From Hemiscyllium ocellatum (Eukaryota), in assembly GCF_020745735.1 (NCBI RefSeq), contig NC_083447.1, positions 13,162,035 through 13,226,034 on the forward strand: a stretch of DNA of 64,000 nucleotides. Reading direction: 5' to 3'. Below, one piece after another: positions 1 through 11,522 of the stretch; within the stretch, counting starts at the first letter, position 1; the number at the start of each line of letters is the position of its first letter. The notes below the pieces were generated by a model. It was not told the DNA's origin, did no database searches, and saw only the letters and a list, made by a program, of their open reading frames with translations. Position numbers and translations under genes: made by a program.

Positions 1-2660
1 CCAGGTTTGACCTCTGAACAGGCATCTCCTCTTAACGCCCCCTTGACAGTGAAAGAGATACAGGAGGCAGTAAGACAGCTCCAAAGAGGGAAGGGAAGGC
101 ACCCGGCCCTGATGGTCTCTCGACTGAGTTCTACAAAGAATTTCTAAATATCCTGTCAGGGCCAATGCTGGACATGTACAAATATTCATACAGTCATGAC
201 TGCCTCCTGCCATCCCTGAGAGAGGCTAACTTCTCTCTCCTTCTCAAGAAAGGGAAGACACCAAAGGACTGGACTTCGTCTGGGCTTATTTCGCTGTTAA
301 ATTCGGACTTTTAAAATTTTATCCAAGACACTTGCGTTGCAATTGGAGAAGGTGTTGCTCCAAATTGTTACAGAGGACCAGACTGGTTTTATAAAGAGCT
401 GTATTAGAAGATTACTAAATATAGTCCAAGTGATTCAGCAACGATCGGTTCAAGGTTTGGTGATGTCTTTAGACGCAGAGAAAGAATTCAATTGGGTGGA
501 GTAGTCATATCTTTTTATAGTCTGGAAATGTTTGGTCTAGGTGAGGTCTTTGTCAGATGGATGGAGGTCCTGCGTAGGGACCCTCTTGCTGCAGTTCTCA
601 CCATTGGTGCAAGATCCAGTAAGTCAGTAGTGGTAGGGGCAGTCGGCAAGATTGTCCCCTTTCACTACTACTGTTTATGTTGGTGACTGAGCTGCTGACA
701 GAGGCTATCCGTGAGGATTCTAATACAGCTGCCCCGTAAAAGGGATCTAGGGCACAAAAGATTACGTTATATGCAGATGATGTTCTCCTCTTCTTACCAA
801 ACCCGGTGGTTTCTGTACCCCATTTAAAACAATGTATTAATTTATTTGGCTCTTTTTCAGGACTAAAGATCAAATTTGAAAATCAGAGGCTATGCCCGTG
901 GGTTGATCTTAAGGGAATACCTGATATCGAAGGTGAATTACAATTCCCTTCAAATGGTTGTTGGGGGGGGGGGGGTTCATTACTTAGGTTTTTTTGTTAT
1001 TCCCACCTTTAATCAATTATTTCAAGTGAACTTTGCTCATTTGCTTGACAAGATTAGACAGGACCTTCAAAGATGCGAGGCCCTTCCACTCTCTTGGTCA
1101 GGTCAAATAGCCTTTACCAAAATTAATGTTCTTCCTCTGCTTCGTCTGATGTTTCCCAGGGACGGATTGTGGACACTCACTGCTTGGCTTAGTTCTTTTA
1201 TTTGGTGTTACAGGTGGCCCCTCATTAAGCTTGCCAAATTGCAGTTACCTCAGGGGTTGGGGGGAGTAGACGTCCCTGAAATTAAGAGATACCAACTAAG
1301 CTCCCTTCTGTCTTTCGTGAGCGACTGGGCTTGTGAGGAACCGAGATCAATATGGTTGGATATTGAGGTCTCCCAGGTAAACTTGCTAGTCTGTTGTTTA
1401 TGAATAAGATGAGGACAGTCATGGAATACTATCAGAATCCAGTCATTATTAATACAGCTAGAGCATGGAAAGCAATGCGACAGAGTGAGGGCAGTTTATC
1501 TAAAACCTTCTTTCTTACTCATATAGTTGCTTCGCCGGGATTCTGACCAGGGATGATGGACCCTGGATTCAAACTGTGGGCAACTAGGGGAGTCTCCTGT
1601 TTGGGAGACCTGTTTGAGGGGGAGATCATAATGTCCTTCGACCAAATGAGCTCCAAGCATGGATTGCCCAGCAGAGATCTTTTTTGTTATTTTCAGGTTA
1701 GGGACTTCATCCAAAAAAAATTTACACTTTTGACCAATCCCTATAGGTCTGACACAGAGAGGAAATTGCTTCATGCCACAATCACTCTCTCAGTTAGCAC
1801 TCTCTACCATCTACTGGAGGGTGGTGCCTTGAATGACATTGAGCAAATATATGAGGTCTGGGAGCAAGAGTTGGGAGTGGAGATCCCCTCAGAGACATGG
1901 GAGGACATTTACGAGAAAGATCGCCATCTGTAACAGACCACACGCCATACAAGGGTCCTTCATCAGGTCCATTTGGCCCCAGATCACCTTGCGAAAAAAG
2001 GAGCATTTCCAATGTGCCTCAAGTGCAAACTAAGCACAGGTCCCTCACTCATTGTTTGTGGTCATGTCACAAGCTTAATAGGTACTGGAGTGCTGTGGCT
2101 GGAGTAATAAAGAGGGTTGGGGACCGAAGTGAAAGTAGACTCAGTCTCTCTTCTCTTGGGCTTGCCGCATTTATCTTCCTTAAACACAGATAGGAAAAAG
2201 CTATTTAACATTCTCACTTACACTTTGATGTGCTGGGTGTATGAGAACCGTCTGGGCCTGTTGGGGTGGCATGAGTTAATTGTGGAACACATCGCATTTG
2301 GATTTCCTCACAAACATGACGCAAGATAAAATGGAATTTTTAGTAAGACAAGGCAGCCCTCTTTGAATTACCTGGACGCAGATTTGTCCGGGCATTTGTT
2401 TAGCCATTAATGATTAGGTTTCGTGAGCCAAGTGCCCTGGAAAGAAGATTCCTGAATAAATACAGGTGTAATAATTAATGCTCCTGAAGGTTGGGAGCTT
2501 CGGTGTGATTGCGCTGAGTGTCATCATAGATTTGTAGTGAGTATAGTTTTGATTTGTTTTGTAGAGTTGGGTAGTAGTTAGTTTGTTGTAATTGTTATAA
2601 TTTAAATTGTTACATTTTTGTAATTTTACAAAGAAAAAATGTTTCAATAAGAAAATAATG
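1..2660 (+). mobile_element. Degenerate L1-clade LINE, 3' part of ORF2 (RT plus C-terminal cysteine-rich domain), truncated by the window edge
   Basis: Frame-broken ORF2 motifs: KAPGPDG (~96-116), DQTG, LDAEK, TLYADDVLL (~763-790), LPQGLGG, and a C-terminal C..C...H....C knuckle (THCLWSC ~2045-2068). Multiple stops and frameshifts; AT-rich 3' tail. End coordinate approximate. Confidence 0.85.
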
Positions 2661-2938
2661 TTGGGATAGGGTTGCCTCTATATTTATTTTTAGATAACCT
2701 TCAATGGATAAAAGCAGAAAGAGGGCAATTAAGGACAGAACATAAGCGTTCAATTAGGCTTGTCCGTCTTAGCTTAGAACTGAGGGGGAGGGTTATCACA
2801 ACAAGCAAGGCTGCTTCTCATGACAAGGAAGTGACCAACTACTAAAACGTTCGGACATTAGAATTTGAAAGCAGTTTTGCTCGGAAAGCTTTGCATTCCT
2901 CCCGGATTGTTTTGCTTTTATTACTTAACGGGACAAGT

Positions 2939-3514
2939 CTACTTCAGTTCATTGATCTTCTCCTCCACCGACTCTCGGCTGTCGTCCAGGACCTCGGCCA
3001 CCTTCTTGCCCAGTTTGTAGAACTGGAAGGTCGGGATGTGGATGATGTCGCAGGCTTCGGCTGTGTCCTCCGAGTCGTCGACGTTCACTTCGTAGAAATA
3101 CACGAGGTTGTTGAGCTGGGCGATCTCCCTCATGATGGGCTTCAGGCCCTGGCACGTCTCACACCAGGTGCCCGAGAAGAAGATGACCACCAGGCGCTCG
3201 CCGGCGTCTTTGATGTACTTGTCGAACTGGGTCTTGCTGTTGATGGTTTTTAGGGGAATGCCTCCCGCTGCCTTGTCCGGCGTCGACGGGGTGCCTTTCT
3301 CCCCAGGTTTCGCCAAGTCCTTGGCAGCCTTGCCTTTGTCCGCCAGTGGCACGTCCGCCTTGGGCGGGACGCTTTTGCGGCGCGACGTGCCCACCTCGGC
3401 AGGCGAGTGCGCCCCCTTCGCCTGTTGTGAGGCACCGGCCTTCTCCGAGGCCGGTGGCGCGCTCTTGCCCTGCGCCTTCTTGGGTTTCCCCAGTGTGCTG
3501 CCCGCACCCGCCAT
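2939..3514 (-). CDS. Intronless thioredoxin-like protein, copy 1 (191 aa): ~85-aa Lys/Ala/Pro-rich N-terminal extension plus Trx domain, active site WCETC
   Basis: The C-terminal ~105 aa align by eye to vertebrate TXN (LVVIFFSGTWCETC...EVNVDD...IPTFQFYK...INELK). ATG in good context (GCACATGG), GC/CpG-rich ORF, AATAAA on the minus strand at 2917-2922. Confidence 0.9.
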   Translation of the reverse strand: MAGAGSTLGKPKKAQGKSAPPASEKAGASQQAKGAHSPAEVGTSRRKSVPPKADVPLADKGKAAKDLAKPGEKGTPSTPDKAAGGIPLKTINSKTQFDKYIKDAGERLVVIFFSGTWCETCQGLKPIMREIAQLNNLVYFYEVNVDDSEDTAEACDIIHIPTFQFYKLGKKVAEVLDDSRESVEEKINELK

Positions 3515-4200
3515 GTGCTCCGCCCCGCTCTGACACGTGCTCAGAGCAGCTTCCGCTCCAGCCCCTCAGACACGCCCTCCATTGTGACGTTCGCAAACCA
3601 CACCCAGTGTAAAACAAAACGACTGATGATAGGACAGCCGGGGAGCCGCCCGCCAATCGGAATTGAGTTGAAATTGACCGCCGTTGCTCCTTCGCTGGAT
3701 TCAAATTTGGCGCTGCCCGGCTGTGACCCAATCACGCATCCAGATAGGGAAACGCAGTTACCTCATCGTGATTGGCCAGTACTGCAGCCAACTAGCCAAT
3801 CACATTGAACATCAGCCCATCCTTTCACACTGGAGCGGGTGGCGACGGTTTGTTAGTGAGCCAACCGGAGGAACGCTTCGAAACACAGCTTCGAGTTGAG
3901 CGGCCCAGGTTCGGAAAGGATGGACACGAACTGATGGAGCCGAGCCGAGGCTGACTGGGACAGCCTCCAGAAGCCGACGTTTTGTGTGGTGTGACCAAGA
4001 TTTCACGTCGCGCTGCCGAATGCGAAAAGCGCCGGCCGCCGGCCTTGAGCGGACGCAGATTGGCCGGGCCGCGGCGGCGAAAAATGCGGGAAAAACGTGA
4101 CGGGAGCATGCGCACTGGTTTGAGCGGTGCGTCATTGCCCCGCCTCTTTCGTTCGGGAGCTCTCCCCTTAGGCCGTCTCTATGCGACCAGGGAGAAGCGG
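3515..4200 (-). promoter_or_regulatory. CpG-island promoter upstream of Trx copy 1 (CRE half-site, CDE/CHR-like element, multiple CCAAT boxes, E2F- and NRF1-like sites)
   Basis: TGACGT 3585-3590; CHR (TTTGAA on minus) 3700-3705 abutting TTTGGCGC 3706-3713; CCAAT/ATTGG at 3653, 3728, 3771, 3796; GCGGGAAA 4086-4093; GCATGCGCA 4106-4114; high CpG density. Confidence 0.65.
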
Positions 4201-4224
4201 AGAGTGCGCTGTTTAAAGTAGTTA

Positions 4225-4460
4225 AAAAATTACACACAACACCAGGTTATAGTCCAGCAGGTTTACTTGGAAGTACTAGCTTTACGAGCGCTGCTCCTTC
4301 ATCAGGTAGCTGTGAAAGCAGAACCATAAGATACAGAATATAGACTAATAGATTACAGAGTCATGTAAGTAAAATGATTTTTTTAACAAACCCAGATTGT
4401 CGAAAGACCTAACAACAATCTAGGTTTGTTAAATATATCACTTTACTTGCATATCACTAA
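4225..4460 (-). mobile_element. Terminal fragment of a Penelope-like repeat family (decayed hammerhead-type terminus)
   Basis: Minus strand reads CTGATGAaggagcagcgctc..AAAGCTAG followed by the 'aaacctg.tggactataacctggtgttgtgtg' tail. The same family recurs at ~39970-40180. Confidence 0.5.
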
Positions 4461-4629
4461 TCCTTCGCTTTCTCACAAACATTCCCTTTCTCAAGTCTGT
4501 CAAGTTGAGGTTTTCCCATTGTGTTAAAAGTGCAAATTATTTTTTGGATTGGATATATTATTAGGTTGCTCCGGCTAGTGACTCCATCTGGTCCAGTTAC
4601 TTTTTTGTGGGTTTAGTCTCAAGAAGGCT

Positions 4630-5770
4630 TATCTCACGTTTGCAGCAGTGACCCTGGGTATAGGTGCATCCGAGGTTGTTGTGATAGGTAACATTGTTTC
4701 ACTGACATCCTGTTCAAAACAACTGTTAAATGCGTTGAATTTGTCAGATAGGGATGTACTGTTCTGAAAATGTGTTGCTGGAAAAGCGCAGCAGGAACAG
4801 GAGATTCGACGTTTCGGGTATAAGCCCTTCTTCAGGGATATACTGTTGCCCATGATTCTGTTTGACTTTGCTTTGTAACCCGTAATGTTGTGTTGCCACA
4901 ACACAAGTGTCCACAAGGTTGGTCTGGGTCTCGAGCTTAGCTTGGTATTGCCTCTTGGCATCTTTGATGGCCTTTACCAAGGTCACACCAGGAGATCCTG
5001 TAGAAGTCAGAGTTGCCCGACTTGTAAGTCTCAGACCAGGACTTCATTCAGGAGTGGATCTCTCAGTTTCCATTTGGGGAACATTTGGATTAACTTCTTC
5101 AGCACGCAATCTTCTACACACTTACTAATGAAGTCTATGATGGTAGTTTAGGTTGTCGGCTGAGTTATTAAATATGGACCAGTCCACTGACTCTAAGCAG
5201 TCCCGTAGAAACCCTTCTCTTGCCTCAGACCAACACTGCACTATTTTCTGTACTGGGTCCTCATGCTTCAATTTCTGCTTGTAAGCTGGGACAAGGAGGA
5301 GCACACCATTGTGATCTGATTTTCCAAAATATGGACCCTAACCCAGTGATGGTTGTATAGCAATGGTCAAGAATGTTTGCATTTTCAGTGGGATAGGTTG
5401 ATAGTACCATGGTGGCACATTATTGAGGTTGGACTGGTTGAAATGACGATCTACAATGAATAAGGCCTTGGGTATTCTGTCTCAAGACTGTTGTAGTGTT
5501 GTACACTTCGTCAAGTGCAATCACCACTTCCACATGGGGATGTAGACACGGTCAGGATAGCAACGGTGAGTACACACTGCAGGTCGTAGGGATGGCACTT
5601 TACTGTAAGATATTCTAGGTCTGGAGGCAGTAACTCGCCAAGGTCATCACATCTAAGCACCCACAGGTGTGTCGATTAGGAGGCAGACTCAATCACCCCT
5701 TGCCATTCCTGAGCACACCTAGCAGTCCATTCAGTGAACTGAGAAATCCTCAGGTTGTAAGGCACAAATT
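4630..5770 (-). mobile_element. Degenerate non-LTR retrotransposon fragment (endonuclease/linker region, Rex1/Babar-like), interrupted by a Penelope-type terminus at ~4765-4838
   Basis: Minus-strand peptides KAIKDAKRQYQAKLE and LWQ..ITGYKAK, typical of the LINE APE-RT linker; heavily decayed. Confidence 0.55.
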
Positions 5771-6249
5771 GCTAAAAGGATAAAATTGCTAAAGAATTAA
5801 GAGAAGGTAGAGAATTGATATAAAAATGTTATAGTTATTTAAAAATAACTAGTGAAACAGATACATCAGACAATCAGATACATCACAAAGCTTCTAAATT
5901 CTCTGGCAAGTTTGTAAAATATATTTTCACATCAAAGTACAGTGTCTGTATTAGTGAAAAAAAACACTACTCCTTCTACACTTGGTAGGAAGCAGGCACT
6001 GAAAGATGGGTTCAACACAATCACCTTCCACAACCCTAAGCAATTGCTGGAGAAGTCGTGGTGGATTAAGTCTTGAAAGCAGCTAAACTGCCCCAACCTT
6101 TAGGCACGGTGCAATGCACAACATAAAACACTGGATGAAAGGTTGACCAGAACTACAGCAGTACCAGGTCTTGCATTACTGATCTGACAGCATTCAAGCT
6201 AAGAAAAAGGACACTCATGAAACTCCAGTCTCCTGTGAGGATTAAATAT

Positions 6250-7140
6250 CACAAAGGTACAGCTGGATAGACCAATGATGACACCAAATTTGGAGGTGGA
6301 TAGTTGACAATAAGGACGACCGCAACATCTCACAGCAAGGCATGTGGAATGGGCAAATATTTGTCAAATGAACTTTAACATAGATATGAGGTCAGACATT
6401 CTGGTAGATAGAATATTGGAAGCAAATTTGGGTGGAATAGAGAAACAAAGGGATCTCGGGGTACAAAAGACTTGGAGATCCAGATATACCATTCTTTAAA
6501 ATGTAATAAACAGGTATGAAAATGATCAAGAAGGCTAATCAAATGTTTGTCTTTATATTTACAGGGATAGAGTATATAACAGTAGAAGTCATGAAACAGC
6601 TACAAACTAAGCAGATTTTATTTGTCTAGGGATAGAATGAAGTCCAGGTCTGAGACTTACAAATCAGGCAACCCTGACTTCTACAGGATCTCCTGGTATG
6701 ACCTTTGTTACGCTGATTCTGTATCAAACCTTAGTTAGATCATACTTGAGTATTGCATGCAGTTCTGGTCACTATATTATGGAAAGGATATAGAGGCATT
6801 GGAGTAGATCCAGAGATTTACAAGGATAATACCAAGAATATGTGGGTATACACCAAAAATGTTTCCTGTTCTGGGGAACTGCAGAACAGGCCTGCATCAA
6901 TGTAAATGTTCATCAACAAATCCATTGTGGAATTCAGAAGGAACACTAAGAGTGGTGAAAATGTGGAATTTACTACCACTGAAGTGGCTCAATAATATAT
7001 ATGCATTTAGGGGAAACTAGCCAAGAATCTGAGGGAGAAGGGGTTAGAAGATAACAGTGACAGATTTAGTTGGTGGAAGGTGGAAGAAAGCTCAACTAGA
7101 ACATAAATGCTCCAAATAGCTGGTTTCTGTGCTATGTATA
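6250..7140 (+). mobile_element. Old CR1-type LINE 3' fragments
   Basis: DDTKFGG, LEYCMQFWS and RVVKMWN-like remnants plus a CR1-type 3' UTR. Confidence 0.65.
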
Positions 7141-8308
7141 CTCATGTGACCCTGCATTGATATGTGGCAGTAGGAAAGTAAGCAAACCATCAGAAACATG
7201 ATTAGGCCTACCTTCCTCTTGCACCCTGAACAGGACATCATTTATCTGTATTGTAACAGCCTTTAACACCTAATAATTTAATATACTTTCCAAAGGAACC
7301 AAAAGGGCAGTGACAATAGCTAAAGCCTTTAGTTAACGCCTTAAATGTAGTGAGCATCCCGAAACACTTCACAGGGAACCTGACAAACAAAATTCGACAC
7401 TGAGCCACAAATTTTGCCAGAAGCTTTGTCTAGAGGAGCTCCTTAAAGGATGGAAATGAGTTAACAGAGACAGAAAATTTTAATGAGTGACTTCCAGAAG
7501 ACATGTTTGCGGGTAAGACATGGCTGGCAAAGTTGCAGCAGTGATGCTCAAGAGGCTAGGATGAGAGGAGTGCACAGATGTTGGAGGGTTATGGGTTTGT
7601 GAAGGTTGTTGATGGTGACAGTGCAGGAGAATTCTTTAATAGCCGGTGCCGATCAGTAAGCAAATGATTTTTGTTTTGTGCAGAGAGATGTTGTGATCTG
7701 GAATCACTGCCTAAACAGAGGTTGGAAGTAGGTTCTCATAATTTCCAGTTTAATTAGACATAAGGGTAAAGGTAAACAAAATGATTTTATTTTGACAAAT
7801 GAGCAGGTGAGGGACTATTTGGCTAACATTTTCAAAATACACGAGAGAAATGATCAGTTATTGACCAAATGAGTTAAGCCTTTGATCATTGTTGATCTGG
7901 GGGTTCAAATCCACTTTCCCACTCACTCCCCACATCTCTGGATTCCCCAAGAGACCAAAACTTTCTCTTTATCAATCTTGAAAGTATTCAACATTGAAGC
8001 AGCAAAAACTCTCATATAAAGAATTGCAAAGATTCACAACCTTTTGAATCAAGTAATCATTCATCCTCTTGGTCCTAAATGCACAGTCCCTTTATCTTGA
8101 GGCTGAGGCCCATTTTCTAGATTCCCTCACCAGTAAAAAAAACACATCACAATGTCTACTCTGTCAAACCCCTACAAAGTCTTGTTTATTTCAGTCACAT
8201 TGTATCTAATTCCTTTAAACTCCATTGACTCAAGGCAAAATTTACTCCACTTCTCATCATATGACCAACCCCCTGATGCCAGGGACCAAGTTGGTGAACC
8301 TTTGCTAT

Positions 8309-10391
8309 TGTTATGAAGGTGTGGCGGTCTACTGTACCTTTAAGAGAGAGTGGAAGCTAGCACAGACTTAGAGTGGCACAGAGTGTGCTGAAAGATTTAA
8401 AAATGTAACATTTGGTTGACACAAATAGCTGGGATTGCATTGCCATGGAACAAAAACAAATTCAAATTCGGCCAATCAGTTTAAATTATGCCCCAGATAT
8501 CAAAATCCAATCAAATTTGAATTGTAATGTTTCGATGACATCAAACCAATGAAATGATCCAATGTTTTGGGGTATAAAACCAGACATTTTGAACAGTTAG
8601 AGGAGAATTGCCAGGAACAGCCAAGCAAGCACCAAGACTGCCAGTAGAATGGCTCTCTGAAAGGTACCTGTCCATAAGAAATTTGTGCAGCAGAAGACCA
8701 AAGCTGACCTAAAGAAATCTACAGAGAAAGTTCAACATCTGGAGACAATAACTGGGTTTGAAATTGATTTTGCTGTAAATTTAAGAGGGACTTTATCAGA
8801 CCAGTATTGTAGAGTGGGAGGGAAAAGATAGGTTTAAGAGAAAGGAGTTGTAAATAGTTGTGGTTTTAATGTTCTCTGTTGGACCTAAAGAATAAGATTG
8901 TTAGTTGTTACTTTAAATGGCGAAATCTGAGATAGTTCTTTGCCTCTCAAAATTTAACAGATTACAGCATGAGGTGAGCTTCTCTGTGTGTCGGGTTTAA
9001 ATTAGCAGAGGGTTTACCCCGTGTTGTAACTTCGATTCTTGGCACTAAGTAGATTTTATCGGAAGTTTGTTGAAAACTTCAGCAGTGTAGTGGCACCGTT
9101 AATCAATTTGCTGAAGAAGAACACAAAGTTTCAGTGGACAGAACAATGCCAGGAGGGATTCGACCATTTAAAAGCAGTTTCGGCTACACCAAACTTTTCG
9201 AAACCCTTCAAAGTTGCCATCAATGCTCATGACATAGGAGTTGGAGCTGTACTGCTACAGGAAGATGATGGATTGAACTGCCAGTTGGTTACTTTTTGAA
9301 GAAACTCAACATCCACCAAAGGAAATACGCCATGATCAAAAAATAACTATTGAGTTTGATACTGGCCTTACAACATTGCAATGTGTATGTCACAAACAAT
9401 ATGTTGGAGACAGTTGTGTACATGGATCACAATCCTCTTTCATTCTTGGAATGCTTTAAAGACAAGAATATGAGACTGTTTCATTGGAGTCTGATTTTAC
9501 AGACTTTTAATTTACAAATCGCGCATGTTGCGAGTTGTAAGAATCTATTCAATGTTATATAGATGTGGGAAGAAGTTAATACGAACTTAGATCAAAGTCA
9601 TGTAGGTCATGATAATGTGGTTAAGGAATAGAGAAAAAGAAATACCATATTTTCATTATGTTGGTTCATTTTTTCTTAAAGGTGGAGATGTTATGAAGTT
9701 GTACTGTACCTTTAAGAGAGAATGGAAGCTGGCACGGACTTAGAGAGGCGCAGAGTGTGCTGAAAGCTTTAAAAATGGAACATTTGGTTGACACAAATAG
9801 CTGGAGGTGGTTGCCATAGAACAAAAACAAATTCAAATTCGGCCAATCAGTTTAAATTATGTCCCTGACACCAAAATCCAATCAAATTTGAATTGTAATG
9901 TTTTGATGACATCAAACCAATGAAATGATCTAATGTTTTGGGGCATAAACTGGACATTTTGAACAGTTACAGGAGAACAGCCAAGCAAGCACCAAGACTG
10001 CCAGTAGAATAGCTCTCTGAAAGTCATCTGTCTATAAGAAATTTGTGCAGCAGAAGACCGAAGCCGACCTCGACAAATCAACAGAGAAAGTTCAACATCT
10101 GGAGATGATAACTGGGTTTGAAATTGATTTTGCTGTAAATTTAAGAGGGACTTTATCAGACCAGTATTGTAGAGTGGGAGGTAAAAGATAGGTTTAAGAG
10201 AAAGGAGTTGTAAATAGTTGTGGTTTTAATGTTGTCTGTTGGACTTAAAGAATAAGATTGTTAGTTGTTACTTTAAATAGTGAAATCTGGGATAGTTCTT
10301 TGTATCTCAAAATTTAACAGATTACAGCATGAGGTGAGCTTCTCTATGTGTAGGGTTTAAATTAGCAGAGGGGTTTACCCTGTGTCATAAC
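8309..10391 (+). mobile_element. Internally deleted Gypsy-type LTR retrotransposon: 5' LTR 8309-9030, ~660 bp pol remnant, 3' LTR 9689-10391
   Basis: Two ~700-bp near-identical direct repeats starting TGTTATGAAG and ending ...TAAC. Polypurine tract (AAAGGTGGAGA) precedes the 3' LTR; GCTAT flanks both ends (8304-8308, 10392-10396). Internal ORFs give the RT-thumb/RNase H peptides FYRKFVENFSSVVAPL, GVGAVLLQ and DHNPL. Confidence 0.92.
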
Positions 10392-10562
10392 GCTATAAGT
10401 CCTTCAAAACAGTATTGCTTCTTTAAAGATGGATATAAAGAATGCACAGAGTATTCCAGCCCAGCTTCGATCGGTCGTATGACGTGGATGTTAATATTCG
10501 ATAAATGCAACCATTCAGAGGACAGGTGTATTTAATTTTTTTTCTCTTGTAACACGTGAGAA

Positions 10563-10883
10563 TTACTTCAGTCGCATTATCAAGTGGTCTAACTTGTCTC
10601 TCCTGGTCCCTGAGAACTCTGCAACCCTCTCCTGACAGTTGTAGAACTGGAAGGTGGGCATGCAACTGATGCCGGCAGCTCGGGCCAGGTCTTCTGACTC
10701 ATCCACGTCCACCTCCGCGAAGATGACATCCCGGTACTGCTCAGACCTCATGCGGAAGAAGGGCTTGATGTTGGAGCAATTGTTACACCATCGAGCCGCG
10801 AAGAACACGACAATCAGGCTCTCCTCCTCCTCCCGCAGCAGTGTCTGGAACTGCTTCCGTGTCCGGATGCGCCTCACGACCAT
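10563..10883 (-). CDS. Intronless thioredoxin-like protein, copy 2 (106 aa), active site WCNNC
   Basis: Full-length colinear match by eye to vertebrate TXN (FAARWCNNC..IKPFF, EVDVD, CMPTFQF, EFSG). Intact ORF; ATTAAA on minus at 10531-10536. Confidence 0.92.
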   Translation of the reverse strand: MVVRRIRTRKQFQTLLREEEESLIVVFFAARWCNNCSNIKPFFRMRSEQYRDVIFAEVDVDESEDLARAAGISCMPTFQFYNCQERVAEFSGTRRDKLDHLIMRLK

Positions 10884-11110
10884 CTCGCCGCCTCTTGTCC
10901 ACGCTGATGGGTGTTCAGTGCAGCACCCCCGCCACAGGTCTCCCTTTCAGCCCAGCCTCGATAGTGACGCATATCGACGTCATTGCAAGTCACGCCCACG
11001 TCTTGCAGTCAATCGCTCCCTCTGATCAACTGGAAGAACCCAAGTGTTGACTTTCCCGCCCAGCTGATCGCTCGGTTGGGATGGGTGTGAGCCCCGGCGA
11101 GAACACGATG
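10884..11110 (-). promoter_or_regulatory. Small CpG-rich promoter of Trx copy 2 with composite CRE (TGACG-N5-CGACGTCA)
   Basis: TGACG 10965-10969 and CGACGTCA 10975-10982; TTTCCCGC near 11052; local CpG enrichment. Confidence 0.6.
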
Positions 11111-11522
11111 CTAACAGGACTGGCAACACAGGTAGTAACAGGCCCTCTTCTGGTTGGTTCTATGTTGCCAATGGGCAGCCCAATTGGAATACACAGCAGC
11201 GTTTGTAATTGTCAATGTCGCCTTTGATTGATCCATTCTTTTTATGACATCATGTGAGGAATCCCATTGGCCAGACAAGTGCCAAAGTTTTGTCCTGCAG
11301 TCACTTGGCAATCTTCGTGCAGGATCATAATCTAGATTAACCGGAGAATTGGGAACCAAGTGTTCTCCAGAGGAATCTAAAGTTAGAATCAAGAGCACTA
11401 TTAGCAACCTTTACAAAAAAAGTCTGATTTATAAGAGTTTACGTGTGTAATGATATACGTGTGTGGGTTCGTAGGCTACCATGATGCCAAGGGGTCTGAG
11501 TCGTCTGGCAGTCTACTGGCAG

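Noticed and set aside
2939-3514. Assigning symbols TXN, TXNDC2 or TXNDC8 to the Trx genes
   Set aside because: Active sites and structure differ, and orthology cannot be shown without a tree.
2891-3808. Multiple overlapping ORFs on both strands around Trx copy 1 (similarly 10654-11025, 40372-40698, 51413-51913)
   Set aside because: Shadow frames of GC-rich coding or promoter DNA with no recognisable domains.
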